A DNA stretch of 44,549 nucleotides from Alphaproteobacteria bacterium UBA1218 (lineage in GTDB: Bacteria > Pseudomonadota > Alphaproteobacteria > Rs-D84), in NCBI GenBank assembly GCA_002309215.1, contig DBXG01000006.1, forward strand, positions 1 through 44,549, read 5' to 3'. Numbering within the stretch: the stretch's first letter is position 1; the number at the start of each line of letters is the position of its first letter. Positions 25,406-34,128 of this stretch are shown one piece after another. The translations under genes and the position numbers were made by a program. Under the pieces are notes generated by a model, which did not search any database, was not told the DNA's origin, and saw only the letters and a program-made list of their open reading frames with translations.

Positions 25406-26128
25406 ATGGTGTCTAAATTAACAGAAGAACACGTATTGAAAGTGTATCAGTGTGACAGATATGGTTTTATGCGTCCGATTATGCTGATGAACGAGCTTCA
25501 AGGTTTGGCGGACAAGCATGCTGATATGTTGGGTGCTGGACGCAAATACTGTAATGAACACAATGTTGCATGGGTTGTCACACACTATTTTATCGATATT
25601 ATTGATATGCCACGTGCAAATGAAAGGTTGACTTATACAACATGGCCATCTGTGTCTGGCGCGTTAAAGTCTGAACGTGATTTCGAGATTCGTGGTGCGG
25701 ATGGTTCGTTAAAGGTTCGCGCAATCAGTCAATGGGTTTTGATTGATTTGAATACTCGTCGTCCTGCGCGTATTAGTGAGGTTTTACCAGGTTGGCAAGG
25801 TCTGGACGAACGTGTGTGGGAACGTGATTTTGATAAATGTCCTGATTTTGTGCCAACAAAGTCTTCTGTGATGGCGTGTCGTTTTGATGACATAGATGTA
25901 AATCAGCACATCAATAATGCAGTATATGCCGTATGGGCGACTGAATCAGTTGGTTTTGAGTATCGCAATAAGCATAAGTTGCGCGGAATGGAAATATATT
26001 TTGAACGCGAAATCAGTCCGACGACACCAACTGTTCGTATAGAGGTCGCAATGGGTGAATACGAAACCCGACACAAGATTATGACAGATGAAACCGAACA
26101 CGCAAAAATAGTTTGCTATTGGGATTAA
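25406..26128 (+). CDS. Acyl-ACP thioesterase family protein
   Basis: It shows a double hot-dog layout of about 240 aa. VTHYFIDI...TYTTWPS and DVNQHINNAVY resemble FatA/B-type acyl-ACP thioesterases. An AAAAGGAGGG SD is present. Confidence 0.7.
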   Translation: MVSKLTEEHVLKVYQCDRYGFMRPIMLMNELQGLADKHADMLGAGRKYCNEHNVAWVVTHYFIDIIDMPRANERLTYTTWPSVSGALKSERDFEIRGADGSLKVRAISQWVLIDLNTRRPARISEVLPGWQGLDERVWERDFDKCPDFVPTKSSVMACRFDDIDVNQHINNAVYAVWATESVGFEYRNKHKLRGMEIYFEREISPTTPTVRIEVAMGEYETRHKIMTDETEHAKIVCYWD

Positions 26129-26132
26129 AATA

Positions 26133-26155
26133 AACCGGCGATTGCCGGTTTTTTA
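26133..26155 (+). terminator. Rho-independent terminator
   Basis: The stem is ccggc (26135-26139) / gccgg (26144-26148), followed by a T-run at 26149-26154. Confidence 0.8.
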
Positions 26156-26204
26156 TTGCTGTTTTATTCTTCGGAAACATAGGGTTGTTTCAACATAAAA
26201 AATA

Positions 26205-26213
26205 TGATAAAAT
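26205..26213 (+). promoter_or_regulatory. Candidate extended -10 promoter (TGATAAAAT) of the 26240-29424 operon
   Basis: TGaTAAAAT lies at 26205-26213. An AGGAGGG SD precedes the ATG at 26240. Confidence 0.4.
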
Positions 26214-26239
26214 ACAAAGCATAAATAACAGGAGGGCAA

Positions 26240-27220
26240 ATGTTAAACAAATTGATTAAAAATTGTATTGCATTTTCGATGCTGGCAATATTGTTTAACC
26301 CAAATATTTCACGTGCGTACGAATATGAAGATGAAGGTTTGATGCGCAAGGCAGAAGAAATGTATCAGGCTGTGCGTATAACATGCTCTGGCATATCTGA
26401 TGAAATCAGTAAGGTTTCCAATATATCAAAGGCTAATACTGCGGTGACAGCTGTCGGAACTGCTGCATCCACAGGTGCATTAGTGGCAGGTATCAAAAAA
26501 TCTCAGGAAGAAGAAGAAATAGAAAAACTGATTGACCAGATTTGCAAGGCTGGTGGTTGCACTGCCAAGGAAGTTCAGGAAATGCCCGATGAACAGTTTT
26601 TTGGGATTTTACAACAAATGGCAGAGTTGTACCAATTACAAAAGAGAATTGAAAAATCCAAGACATTGGGTAATTGGCGTACTGGGTTGATGGCAGGAAC
26701 AATTGGAACTAATCTGGCATCTGCGATAATGTCTGGTATAAATATCAATCAGTCTGAATTGATACAACATATAACTGCATGTAATGAGGCTGTATCTGGT
26801 CTGGAAGACATAGAAACAGAATTGAAAAAGGCAGGTATAAGTCCGATACAGGAACCGATTGCAAAAAATATAAATAATGCCCGCACATGGTGTAACAAAA
26901 TAAACACCAAGGATGTAGAGAAAATAGAAAATCGTATGAAAGGCGTATTGGGGACATCTGTTGTTGGTGGTGTGATTGGTATAGTAGGAACAGGAACCAG
27001 TGCAGCCGCAAACAGTGATAAATATATGGCTGTTGAAAAAAAGGTCAGGTTGACAGAAGACCAAAAGAAAACAGAACATGCGTTGAATACAACTGCAAAT
27101 GTGATGGCAGGCGCAAACATAGCGACAGGTGTTGTAGAGACGGGATTAAACATATCACTGATATCATTAACCAAGAAATTGATGCAGCAAGCAGAGCGGT
27201 GTGAGGGTGCATTAAAATAA
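26240..27220 (+). CDS. Secreted protein with four Gly/Ala/Thr-rich hydrophobic (glycine-zipper-like) segments; unknown function
   Basis: A signal peptide ends in ...NISRA-YEYED. The four segments are AVTAVGTAASTGALVAGI, TGLMAGTIGTNLASAIMSGI, GVLGTSVVGGVIGIVGTGTSAAA and TTANVMAGANIATGVVETGL, separated by charged helices. The stop overlaps the next start (TAATG). Confidence 0.7.
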   Translation: MLNKLIKNCIAFSMLAILFNPNISRAYEYEDEGLMRKAEEMYQAVRITCSGISDEISKVSNISKANTAVTAVGTAASTGALVAGIKKSQEEEEIEKLIDQICKAGGCTAKEVQEMPDEQFFGILQQMAELYQLQKRIEKSKTLGNWRTGLMAGTIGTNLASAIMSGININQSELIQHITACNEAVSGLEDIETELKKAGISPIQEPIAKNINNARTWCNKINTKDVEKIENRMKGVLGTSVVGGVIGIVGTGTSAAANSDKYMAVEKKVRLTEDQKKTEHALNTTANVMAGANIATGVVETGLNISLISLTKKLMQQAERCEGALK

Positions 27221-28284
27221 TGAAAAGATTAGTCGCATTTTTTTGTTTGTTATTTTTACCAACTGTCACACTGGCAGCGCCAATGTCACATGACAGTTGT
27301 GTTGAAAATGGTAAATATAAATCTGAATATAAAATCGATAGACGTTGTTATGTGACAGATGAACAAAAACAGCAAACGCCATATAATGCTGTGGTAAAAT
27401 TGACTGATAAAAGTTGTACGGGTACCATAGTAAAAAAAGATGATGGATACTTTGTGTATACAGCGAGACATTGCGTTTATGATGGTTTGGATAAGCTGTT
27501 GAATATAGAAATAGAATTGCAAGACGAAAGGGCTTTTAGTGCCAGTTTTGTAAAAGAAGGGAAAAGTTTAAGTGATTTTGACGATTGGGCGCATTATAAA
27601 ATACCTGTTGATAAAGATGATACCAGTATCCCATATGTTCAAACTGATTCATTTGAAGATGGTAAGGTACAAATTGTCGGGTATGGTGCCTTGAAGATTC
27701 TGAGTGATAAAGAAATAAAAAAAGTTAAAGATACATATGTTGAGGTGTTGACCGAATTTGGAAGTGCAAATGATAAAGAAAATATAAAACAAGCCAAACA
27801 AAATGGCTTTATGAGGGACAAAATGTTTGTGGCTAACTGGTTCGGTGATTATGTCGGTAATAGAGAGTTAAAAATTTCTGACTGTGAATTATCAAACAAG
27901 ATTTTAAAAGGGTGTCAGGTGTGGGGTGGCAATTCCGGGGGGCCATTATTTAATAATCAAGGTGGAATTATGGGGATTATAGCAACCGGAAATTATCAGA
28001 TTGGTGGATCAGAACACGCTAATGTCGGTTTGGTAGTGGGGGTATATTCAGATGACAAGACGAGTGGCAAACGGTGGAATTGGGTTGCTTCATCTGGGGA
28101 AGCACAAAACTATTATACCAGTATTCAACAACAAAATGAGCAACAAGAAAGAGAGACGCATAATACAAAAGTATCAAACGCTCAAATGTTAAAACAGATA
28201 CAACAAGAAAACAGAATGCAACAGCAAGAAATTCGTCTACAGAACCAGCGAATGATGATGAACATGAACAAACAATATTGGTAA
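27220..28284 (+). CDS. Secreted trypsin-fold (S1 family) serine protease with a Gln/Asn/Met-rich C-terminal tail
   Basis: A signal peptide is present. The triad motifs are TARHC (His), DDWAHYKI (Asp) and GGNSGGPLF (Ser, GNSG as in S1B enzymes). The N-terminal Cys module is HDSCVENGKYKSEYKIDRRCYVTDEQKQQ. Confidence 0.8.
   Translation: MKRLVAFFCLLFLPTVTLAAPMSHDSCVENGKYKSEYKIDRRCYVTDEQKQQTPYNAVVKLTDKSCTGTIVKKDDGYFVYTARHCVYDGLDKLLNIEIELQDERAFSASFVKEGKSLSDFDDWAHYKIPVDKDDTSIPYVQTDSFEDGKVQIVGYGALKILSDKEIKKVKDTYVEVLTEFGSANDKENIKQAKQNGFMRDKMFVANWFGDYVGNRELKISDCELSNKILKGCQVWGGNSGGPLFNNQGGIMGIIATGNYQIGGSEHANVGLVVGVYSDDKTSGKRWNWVASSGEAQNYYTSIQQQNEQQERETHNTKVSNAQMLKQIQQENRMQQQEIRLQNQRMMMNMNKQYW
27289..27396 (+). 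repeat. Copy A of a 108-nt near-identical segment shared by the two protease genes
   Basis: It aligns without gaps to 28363-28470, with about 10 mismatches by eye (about 90% identity). That is far higher than the similarity across the rest of the two genes. Confidence 0.85.
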
Positions 28285-28293
28285 ATAAAACAA

Positions 28294-29424
28294 GTGAAAC
28301 AAGGATTGTTGTTTTTATGGTTAGCATTGAGTCCTGTGGTGGCATTTGCCGGTGTACAACCACATGACGGTTGTATGGAAAACGGTAAATATAAATCTGA
28401 ATATAAAGTCGACAGACGTTGCTATGTGACAGATGAACAAAAACAGCAAGCACCATATAATGCTGTGGTTGCGTTATTGGATGATCAAAATAATATTTAT
28501 TGCACAGGGACAATATTTCGTGATAATCAAGATTTTTTATTAGAAGATGCATTTAAGTATGAAACAAAATTGCCTGTTCCTGGTTTGTTTGTGTATACTG
28601 CTGCGCATTGTATTAATGGAGATAGGGTAAAAATAAGATTGCAAAATGGTAAAGAGATAATTACAGAACGTGTTAATGGAAAACATAGTTTCTGGGATAA
28701 ATCAACCACAGATTGGGCTGTTTATAAAATACCAGAAAATGAACAAAACGGTTTGCCGTATATTGACATTGCTTATGGTGAAGATGTTTCAGCAGAACTA
28801 AAAGTTGTTGGATATGGTTCGTTAGCAATTATGACTGACAAGGAAATAAAAGATTATAAACAAGCATATATTGACTTTCTGAAGTCTGATTTAGCAAAAA
28901 AAACAGATACAGATACTTTAATAGAGGCTAACTGTAAAAACAGGACAGACGGTTTAAGTTATGATTTTTGTAAATATATATATGAAACCAAACAAGATTA
29001 TAATCAAAACTATTTTGGCAGGCAGTTAGAGTATTTAGATAATATTGATGCGCCAGGAGTGCCGAGTGATTATTTTGTAGATGGTGCTATATCTACTCAC
29101 GACTCGATGTTTAGGGAGTTTAATAAAACAACTCCATTGCCAAGAGATGGTGATTTATTGAAAGAATCAGTATGTCATATGAATTCGACAGATGACTTTT
29201 GTCAGGCTTGGCATGGAAATTCTGGGGGTGGAATATTTGTAAGGGATAAAATTATAGCTGTGGTGTCAAACGGGCCAGGAACAATAGGCGGAAAACATCA
29301 TGCTGCATTTTTACAAGATATTACACGAAAATCTGAATTTGGGTCCAGGTTAGAAAAAGGTGTGGAACAGGCGGTCTTTTTGCAAAATTCACAGCAAGAT
29401 AATCTTGATAGATTGCGTAAATAG
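28294..29424 (+). CDS. Secreted trypsin-fold (S1 family) serine protease, paralog 2
   Basis: It has a GTG start and the signal peptide MKQGLLFLWLALSPVVAFA. The triad motifs are TAAHC, TDWAVYKI and HGNSGGGIF. It carries the same N-terminal Cys module (HDGCMENGKYKSEYKVDRRCYVTDEQKQQ). Confidence 0.8.
   Translation: MKQGLLFLWLALSPVVAFAGVQPHDGCMENGKYKSEYKVDRRCYVTDEQKQQAPYNAVVALLDDQNNIYCTGTIFRDNQDFLLEDAFKYETKLPVPGLFVYTAAHCINGDRVKIRLQNGKEIITERVNGKHSFWDKSTTDWAVYKIPENEQNGLPYIDIAYGEDVSAELKVVGYGSLAIMTDKEIKDYKQAYIDFLKSDLAKKTDTDTLIEANCKNRTDGLSYDFCKYIYETKQDYNQNYFGRQLEYLDNIDAPGVPSDYFVDGAISTHDSMFREFNKTTPLPRDGDLLKESVCHMNSTDDFCQAWHGNSGGGIFVRDKIIAVVSNGPGTIGGKHHAAFLQDITRKSEFGSRLEKGVEQAVFLQNSQQDNLDRLRK
28363..28470 (+). 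repeat. Copy B of the 108-nt near-identical segment
   Basis: See 27289-27396. Confidence 0.85.
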
Positions 29425-29430
29425 TTAAAT

Positions 29431-29460
29431 AAAAAAATCGTCCGATTGGACGATTTTTTA
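29431..29460. terminator. Bidirectional terminator shared by the protease operon (+) and rpmH (-)
   Basis: The stem atcgtcc (29437-29443) / ggacgat (29448-29454) is flanked by an A-run (29431-29436) and a T-run (29455-29459). Confidence 0.8.
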
Positions 29461-29610
29461 ATTCTTTGCAGATACGGCCAAACGTTTACGACCGCATGCG
29501 CGACGACGACTTAAAACATCGCGTCCGCTTCTGGTAGCCATTTTTTCACGAAAGCCATGTGTTTTCACACGACGTGTTTTAGATGGTTGATATGTTCTTT
29601 TTGTTGCCAT
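29458..29610 (-). CDS. rpmH: 50S ribosomal protein L34
   Basis: My manual translation of the minus strand is [50 protein letters not shown]. This matches the L34 consensus (KRTxQPS..R...HGFR.RM.T..GR.VL..RR..GRK.L). At 50 aa it is below the ORF-track cutoff. Confidence 0.93.
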   Translation of the reverse strand: MATKRTYQPSKTRRVKTHGFREKMATRSGRDVLSRRRACGRKRLAVSAKN

Positions 29611-29670
29611 AATTAAATCCTTTTGCCCCTATATTTAATCATACGTTTTACAAAAACGCAACTATTTTAT

Positions 29671-29787
29671 TTATTTTGTTTTACTTTGCACTAAACCCAG
29701 CTTTTTCAAGCCCTCTACAAACAAATAGTAAATAAATATTGCGCCAAGCAATTTCCAAAATGGTAAAAATATTCCATCTGTTTTCAT
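29671..29787 (-). CDS. Possible small membrane protein (38 aa) upstream of rpmH
   Basis: The minus-strand ORF reads MKTDGIFLPFWKLLGAIFIYYLFVEGLKKLGLVQSKTK*, with one hydrophobic helix. No clear SD is visible. This call is speculative. Confidence 0.2.
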   Translation of the reverse strand: MKTDGIFLPFWKLLGAIFIYYLFVEGLKKLGLVQSKTK

Positions 29788-29899
29788 TTTCAGCCTGTTT
29801 GTTTAATTGATATAATTATAGAACGTTTGTGCTTTTTGTCAAGTTTATTTTGAGTTTGTTTTTTATCTGTATTTTATTGTTATTTTTTTGCTTTAACCC

Positions 29900-29929
29900 T
29901 TGACCCAAAGGGTAATTTTTTGCTATGTT
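29900..29929 (+). promoter_or_regulatory. Sigma70-type promoter of gyrA
   Basis: TTGACC (29900-29905), an 18-nt spacer ending in TGc, then TATGTT (24-29 of 299xx, i.e. 29924-29929). It lies about 30 nt upstream of the ATG at 29960. Confidence 0.5.
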
Positions 29930-29959
29930 TTTCGTATTGAAACATAGGGGAAAACAAGT

Positions 29960-32722
29960 ATGTCTGAAATAAACGAAATAAATGAAATCAAAGTACCTCA
30001 ATCGCCAATTGAACATGAAATGCGGACCAGTTTTTTGGACTATGCAATGTCTGTTATCGTGGATCGTGCATTGCCAGATGTTCGGGACGGTTGTAAGCCT
30101 GTGCATCGTCGTATTTTATATGTGATGAATGAGGTTGCGCCCGCAACAAAATCAACTGTGAAATCTGCGCGTATCGTTGGTGATGTGATGGGGCGTTATC
30201 ATCCACATGGCGACTCGTCTATTTATGAGGCTATGGCTCGTATGGCCCAGGACTTTTCAATGGGTGAAATGCTGGTTCAGGGTCAGGGTAACTTTGGTTC
30301 GCGTGATGGTGATAAACCTGCTGCTATGCGTTATACTGAGGCTCGCTTGTCCAAACTTGGTGCGTCGTTAATGGAAGATTTGGACAAAGATACTGTGGAT
30401 TGGCAACCGAACTTTGACGGCACATTACAAGAGCCAATTGTCTTGCCGACCAAGTTTCCAAACTTTTTGGTAAATGGTGGTTCTGGTATTGCTGTGGGTA
30501 TGGCAACAAATGTTCCGACTTATAATTTGGGCGAAGTTTGCAACGGTATTTTGGCGATTTTAGATAACAAAGATATTTCAGACGATGAATTGTTTGGAAT
30601 TATCCCAGGACCTGATTTTCCAACGGGTGGAATTGTTATGGGACATGCTGGTGCGTACAAGGCACACACTACGGGTCGTGGTTCTATAATTGTTCGCTCT
30701 AAAACGCATTTCGAGACGATGCATGATCATCCTGTGATAATTGTTGATGAATTGCCATATCAGGTTAACAAATCGCAACTGATTATTAAAATCGCAGAAA
30801 TGGTCAAAGATAAAAAAATCGAAGGAATATCTGATATCCGCGATGAATCGTCCAAGGAAGGCTTGCGCGTAGTTATCGAATTGAAGCGCGATGCGATACC
30901 TGATGTTGTGTTGAATCACTTGTTCCAAGATACAGAAATGCAGTCTAATTTCCCTGTAAATATGATGGCATTAAATCGTGGTCGCCCAATGTTGTTTACT
31001 GTTCGCACTGTGTTGGACGCGTTTATAGAATTCCGCGAAGAAGTCATTCGTCGTAGAACTATATTCGATTTGAACAAGGCGCGCAATCGCGCACATACTT
31101 TGTTGGGTTTGTCTGTTGCGTGCGGTAATTTGGACGAAGTTATCAAATTGATTAAAGAATCTGCCAATCCAGATGAAGCGCGCGTTGCTTTGGTTTCGCG
31201 TGGTTGGCCTGCATCTGATATTGAAAGTTATATCAGTTTGATTGATGATCCAAATACTGAATACAAAGATGGAATGTTCTATATGTCCGAAGATCAGGCA
31301 AAGGCGATTTTGGAATTGCAATTGCACAGATTGACAGGTCTAGAACGCGACAAGATACACAATGATTTAACTGAACTTGGCGCAGTAATCAAAGATTTGT
31401 TAGCAATTTTAGGCAGTCATGAACGTATCGTTCAGATTATTCGCGAAGAAACAGCGGCTGTGCGTGATAATTGGTCGCAACCAAGACGTACAGAAATATC
31501 TGATGCAGAAATTGATATAGATATCGAAGATTTGATTGCACGTGAAGATATGGTTGTCACTGTTTCTAATACTGGCTATATCAAACGTGTTTCATTGGAT
31601 ACATATCGTGCACAAAAACGTGGTGGCAAGGGACGTAATGCGATGACAACCAAAGAAGACGATTATGTCGTAAATATGTTCGTTGCAAATACGCATACTC
31701 CATTATTGTTCTTCTCGTCCACTGGTTTGTGTTATAAATTGAAAACATACAAATTACCAGAAGCCTCGGCAGCGGGTAAGGGACGCCCATTGGTGAATCT
31801 ATTGCCTTTGACAGATGGTGAAACAATAACTGCTATTCTGCCTGTATCAGACGAAGATGTAAAACGCGTTCAAGAATCAGGTAAAGAGCATTTCTTGATG
31901 TTCGCAACCGCGTCTGGTACTGTGCGTCGTAATCGTATGTCAGACTTTGATTCAATACGTGCAAACGGAAAAATTGCTATGAAATTGGACGAAGGCGATT
32001 CTCTGATTTCTGTGTTGCCTTGCACCGAAGACCAAGATGTATTTTTATCAACATATCGTGGTCGTTGCATAAGATTTGCGGTTCCAGAGATTCGTATATT
32101 CGCAGGTCGTAATTCAACCGGTGTTCGCGGAATATCGCTTCAGAAAGACGATTATGTAATCGGTATGGCAATGTTGAATCATGGTGAATCTGATTCTGTG
32201 GTTCGTGCCGCCTATGTAAAACAAAGCAGGGCTTTGCGTCGTGCACAAACCGGTATCGAAGAAGAAGCAGATGCCGAAGAAGAAAACACAACCTTGGTAT
32301 TGAATGATGAACAGATGGCGAAAATGGCGTTGACCGAGCAGTTTATTTTGACTGTATCAGAAAACGGTTTTGGAAAACGCACATCTTCATATGAATATCG
32401 TTTGACACATCGTGGTGGTAATGGATTTACAAATATCAAATTGGGCGGTAAAAATACCGCAGTGGCTGGTTCGTTCCCTGTCACCGATGACCAAGATATT
32501 ATGATGGTGACAAATGGTGGAAAAATCATCAGAACCCCAGTTGTAGATGTTCGTATTGCTGGTCGTTCAACTGCGGGTGTGACATTGTTCAGAACAGCTG
32601 AAAATGAAAAAGTTGTATCTGCAATTGCAATCGCCAAAGAAGAAGAACCAGCGGAAGAAGTTGTTATTGAAGAAAACGTCAATACAGCAGAATCTGTGGC
32701 TGATAGCAATATCGCAGAATAA
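29960..32722 (+). CDS. gyrA: DNA gyrase subunit A
   Basis: Motifs present: [45 protein letters not shown], and the active-site Tyr context [11 protein letters not shown]-terminal beta-pinwheel repeats follow, and the tail is acidic. Confidence 0.97.
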   Translation: MSEINEINEIKVPQSPIEHEMRTSFLDYAMSVIVDRALPDVRDGCKPVHRRILYVMNEVAPATKSTVKSARIVGDVMGRYHPHGDSSIYEAMARMAQDFSMGEMLVQGQGNFGSRDGDKPAAMRYTEARLSKLGASLMEDLDKDTVDWQPNFDGTLQEPIVLPTKFPNFLVNGGSGIAVGMATNVPTYNLGEVCNGILAILDNKDISDDELFGIIPGPDFPTGGIVMGHAGAYKAHTTGRGSIIVRSKTHFETMHDHPVIIVDELPYQVNKSQLIIKIAEMVKDKKIEGISDIRDESSKEGLRVVIELKRDAIPDVVLNHLFQDTEMQSNFPVNMMALNRGRPMLFTVRTVLDAFIEFREEVIRRRTIFDLNKARNRAHTLLGLSVACGNLDEVIKLIKESANPDEARVALVSRGWPASDIESYISLIDDPNTEYKDGMFYMSEDQAKAILELQLHRLTGLERDKIHNDLTELGAVIKDLLAILGSHERIVQIIREETAAVRDNWSQPRRTEISDAEIDIDIEDLIAREDMVVTVSNTGYIKRVSLDTYRAQKRGGKGRNAMTTKEDDYVVNMFVANTHTPLLFFSSTGLCYKLKTYKLPEASAAGKGRPLVNLLPLTDGETITAILPVSDEDVKRVQESGKEHFLMFATASGTVRRNRMSDFDSIRANGKIAMKLDEGDSLISVLPCTEDQDVFLSTYRGRCIRFAVPEIRIFAGRNSTGVRGISLQKDDYVIGMAMLNHGESDSVVRAAYVKQSRALRRAQTGIEEEADAEEENTTLVLNDEQMAKMALTEQFILTVSENGFGKRTSSYEYRLTHRGGNGFTNIKLGGKNTAVAGSFPVTDDQDIMMVTNGGKIIRTPVVDVRIAGRSTAGVTLFRTAENEKVVSAIAIAKEEEPAEEVVIEENVNTAESVADSNIAE

Positions 32723-32739
32723 AAAACAGGTGCGCAGAA

Positions 32740-33120
32740 ATGGAAAATCAAAATGAATATTTTGTTTCAATAAACGAAGTAGCAAAACGATTGGACGTTC
32801 CTGCGCATACATTACGTTATTGGGAAAAACAATTTTCTGGTGCAATTCGTCCAACAACTGGTGCGGGTGGCCGTCGTTATTATCGTCAGGATACAATTGA
32901 AAAATTAGAAACAATAAAATCTTTGTTATATGACAAAGGTATGACGATAAGCGGTGTTAAAAAAATTCTGCATAACGGAACATTTGGCGAAGAAATGGCA
33001 GAAATTAAAACCAAAACAACCAATGACGCACCAAGTGCTAAAACATTGTCAGTCCAAGATAAAGACGATTTAGAAGTTGCGATAACTCTGTTGAACCAAG
33101 CAAAATCATTTTTGGAATAG
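32740..33120 (+). CDS. MerR-family transcriptional regulator
   Basis: It has the N-terminal MerR HTH: INEVAKRLDVPAHTLRYWEKQF...GGRRYY. Confidence 0.8.
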   Translation: MENQNEYFVSINEVAKRLDVPAHTLRYWEKQFSGAIRPTTGAGGRRYYRQDTIEKLETIKSLLYDKGMTISGVKKILHNGTFGEEMAEIKTKTTNDAPSAKTLSVQDKDDLEVAITLLNQAKSFLE

Positions 33121-33204
33121 GTTATAATAAATACCTGACATCACAAATAGGTTGATGATTTTTTGTCGCGTTTTTTTTCTAATTTGTTGTCTTTAATTTT
33201 GTAA

Positions 33205-33233
33205 AAATAAAAAAAAGACGGCAAAAAGCCGTC
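33205..33233 (-). terminator. Rho-independent terminator of the 33298-33867 gene
   Basis: The stem is gacggc (33217-33222) / gccgtc (33228-33233). On the minus strand it is followed by a long T-run (plus-strand A-run 33205-33216). Confidence 0.75.
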
Positions 33234-33297
33234 TGAATTGATGTGTGATATTATACCACAAAATCACATAAAAAGCAATTTGAAATAAAATATGTGG

Positions 33298-33867
33298 TTA
33301 GCGATTTTTTGTAAACAATTTTTCCAACCATTCAAAAAAACGATCGATCCCAGACGTTGCATCTATAATTTCGGGTACAAAATGTTCCTCTTTCCTATAT
33401 TGAAATGTTATAGTGTTCGATACAAAGGTAAGTTCGTCATATATATCGGCAGTATTAACCAAAGCAAAATCCGAATGTTGTTCATATTCGTATCCACCTT
33501 GTTCCCTTATTTTGGCTATTATTTCGCTGTTGATGGCGGCTTGTGCTGGTGTGACATTCGCACAATCTATTACAGTTTGCACAAGATTCCCTCGGTCATC
33601 AAAACAATCTGTTTTTGTACTTTCGTTAACTTGTAAATCTATGTCTTCGCCCCAATTGTCGCTGTAATCACTATAACTATCGTCCCATCTATCTTTATGT
33701 TTTTGTGCGGAAAATTTCTGTGTTATTTCCTGATTGATAATATTTTGGGCAAATGTAGAATTTGCTTGTTTTTTTGCTGCTTTTTGTTCCTTGGCATTTT
33801 TACACCAATTTGCCCAAGCAACCTTTATTTCTTCGGCAGTTTGAACAGTTTTTTGTATTTGAGACAT
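33298..33867 (-). CDS. Hypothetical acidic protein (189 aa)
   Basis: This is a clean ORF. I place the start at MSQIQKTV (ATG 33867). It has an acidic Asp/Ser/Tyr/Trp stretch (RWDDSYSDYSDNWGEDIDL) and no TM segment or signal peptide. I recognised no family. Confidence 0.55.
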   Translation of the reverse strand: MSQIQKTVQTAEEIKVAWANWCKNAKEQKAAKKQANSTFAQNIINQEITQKFSAQKHKDRWDDSYSDYSDNWGEDIDLQVNESTKTDCFDDRGNLVQTVIDCANVTPAQAAINSEIIAKIREQGGYEYEQHSDFALVNTADIYDELTFVSNTITFQYRKEEHFVPEIIDATSGIDRFFEWLEKLFTKNR

Positions 33868-33972
33868 TTTGTGTCCTTTGTTTTTTGTGTTGTTTATTAT
33901 GGTTACAATATGACACAATATTAAAAAATGTCAAGAATAATATTTGGGTTCAAATAATGCATCTGTTTGAAA

Positions 33973-34004
33973 CAAAAAAGATAAAATTCGGAATAAATCC
34001 GAAT
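33973..34004 (-). terminator. Terminator downstream of tRNA-Glu
   Basis: The stem is attcgga (33986-33992) / tccgaat (33998-34004). On the minus strand it is followed by TTTTATCTTTTTT. Confidence 0.65.
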
Positions 34005-34014
34005 TTAATTTTTA

Positions 34015-34089
34015 TGGCACTCCCAATGGGAATCGAACCCATGTTGCCAGAATGAGAATCTGATGTCCTAACCGCTAGACGATGGGAGC
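34015..34089 (-). tRNA. tRNA-Glu (anticodon CUC), CCA encoded
   Basis: The reverse complement is GCTCCCATCGTCTAGCGGTTAGGACATCAGATTCTCATTCTGGCAACATGGGTTCGATTCCCATTGGGAGTGCCA. It folds with a 7-bp acceptor stem, the GTCTAG..GG..AGGAC D-arm typical of tRNA-Glu, an anticodon stem TCAGA/TCTGG with loop TT-CTC-AT, and a T-arm ATGGG-TTCGATT-CCCAT. Confidence 0.9.
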
Positions 34090-34128
34090 GTATGCCAGTA
34101 TTTTATATATAAAGTTTGTGTTTTTCAA

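Noticed and set aside
29611-29959. I considered a replication origin in the AT-rich rpmH-gyrA intergenic region.
   Set aside because: I found no clusters of TTATCCACA-like DnaA boxes or AT-rich 13-mers, and dnaA is not adjacent. The region is explained by the gyrA promoter and a possible small ORF.
33292-34055. Several plus-strand ORFs (33292-33636, 33413-33667, 33697-33924, 33762-34055) lie opposite the 33298-33867 gene and run into the tRNA.
   Set aside because: They are Phe/Leu/Cys-rich antisense artefacts. One overlaps the tRNA gene. None has an SD or recognisable motifs.
33919-34128. I considered an integrative element inserted at tRNA-Glu.
   Set aside because: There is no integrase or excisionase gene on either side, and no duplicated tRNA 3'-end (att-like direct repeat) visible by eye. 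I report it only as a compositionally distinct accessory block.
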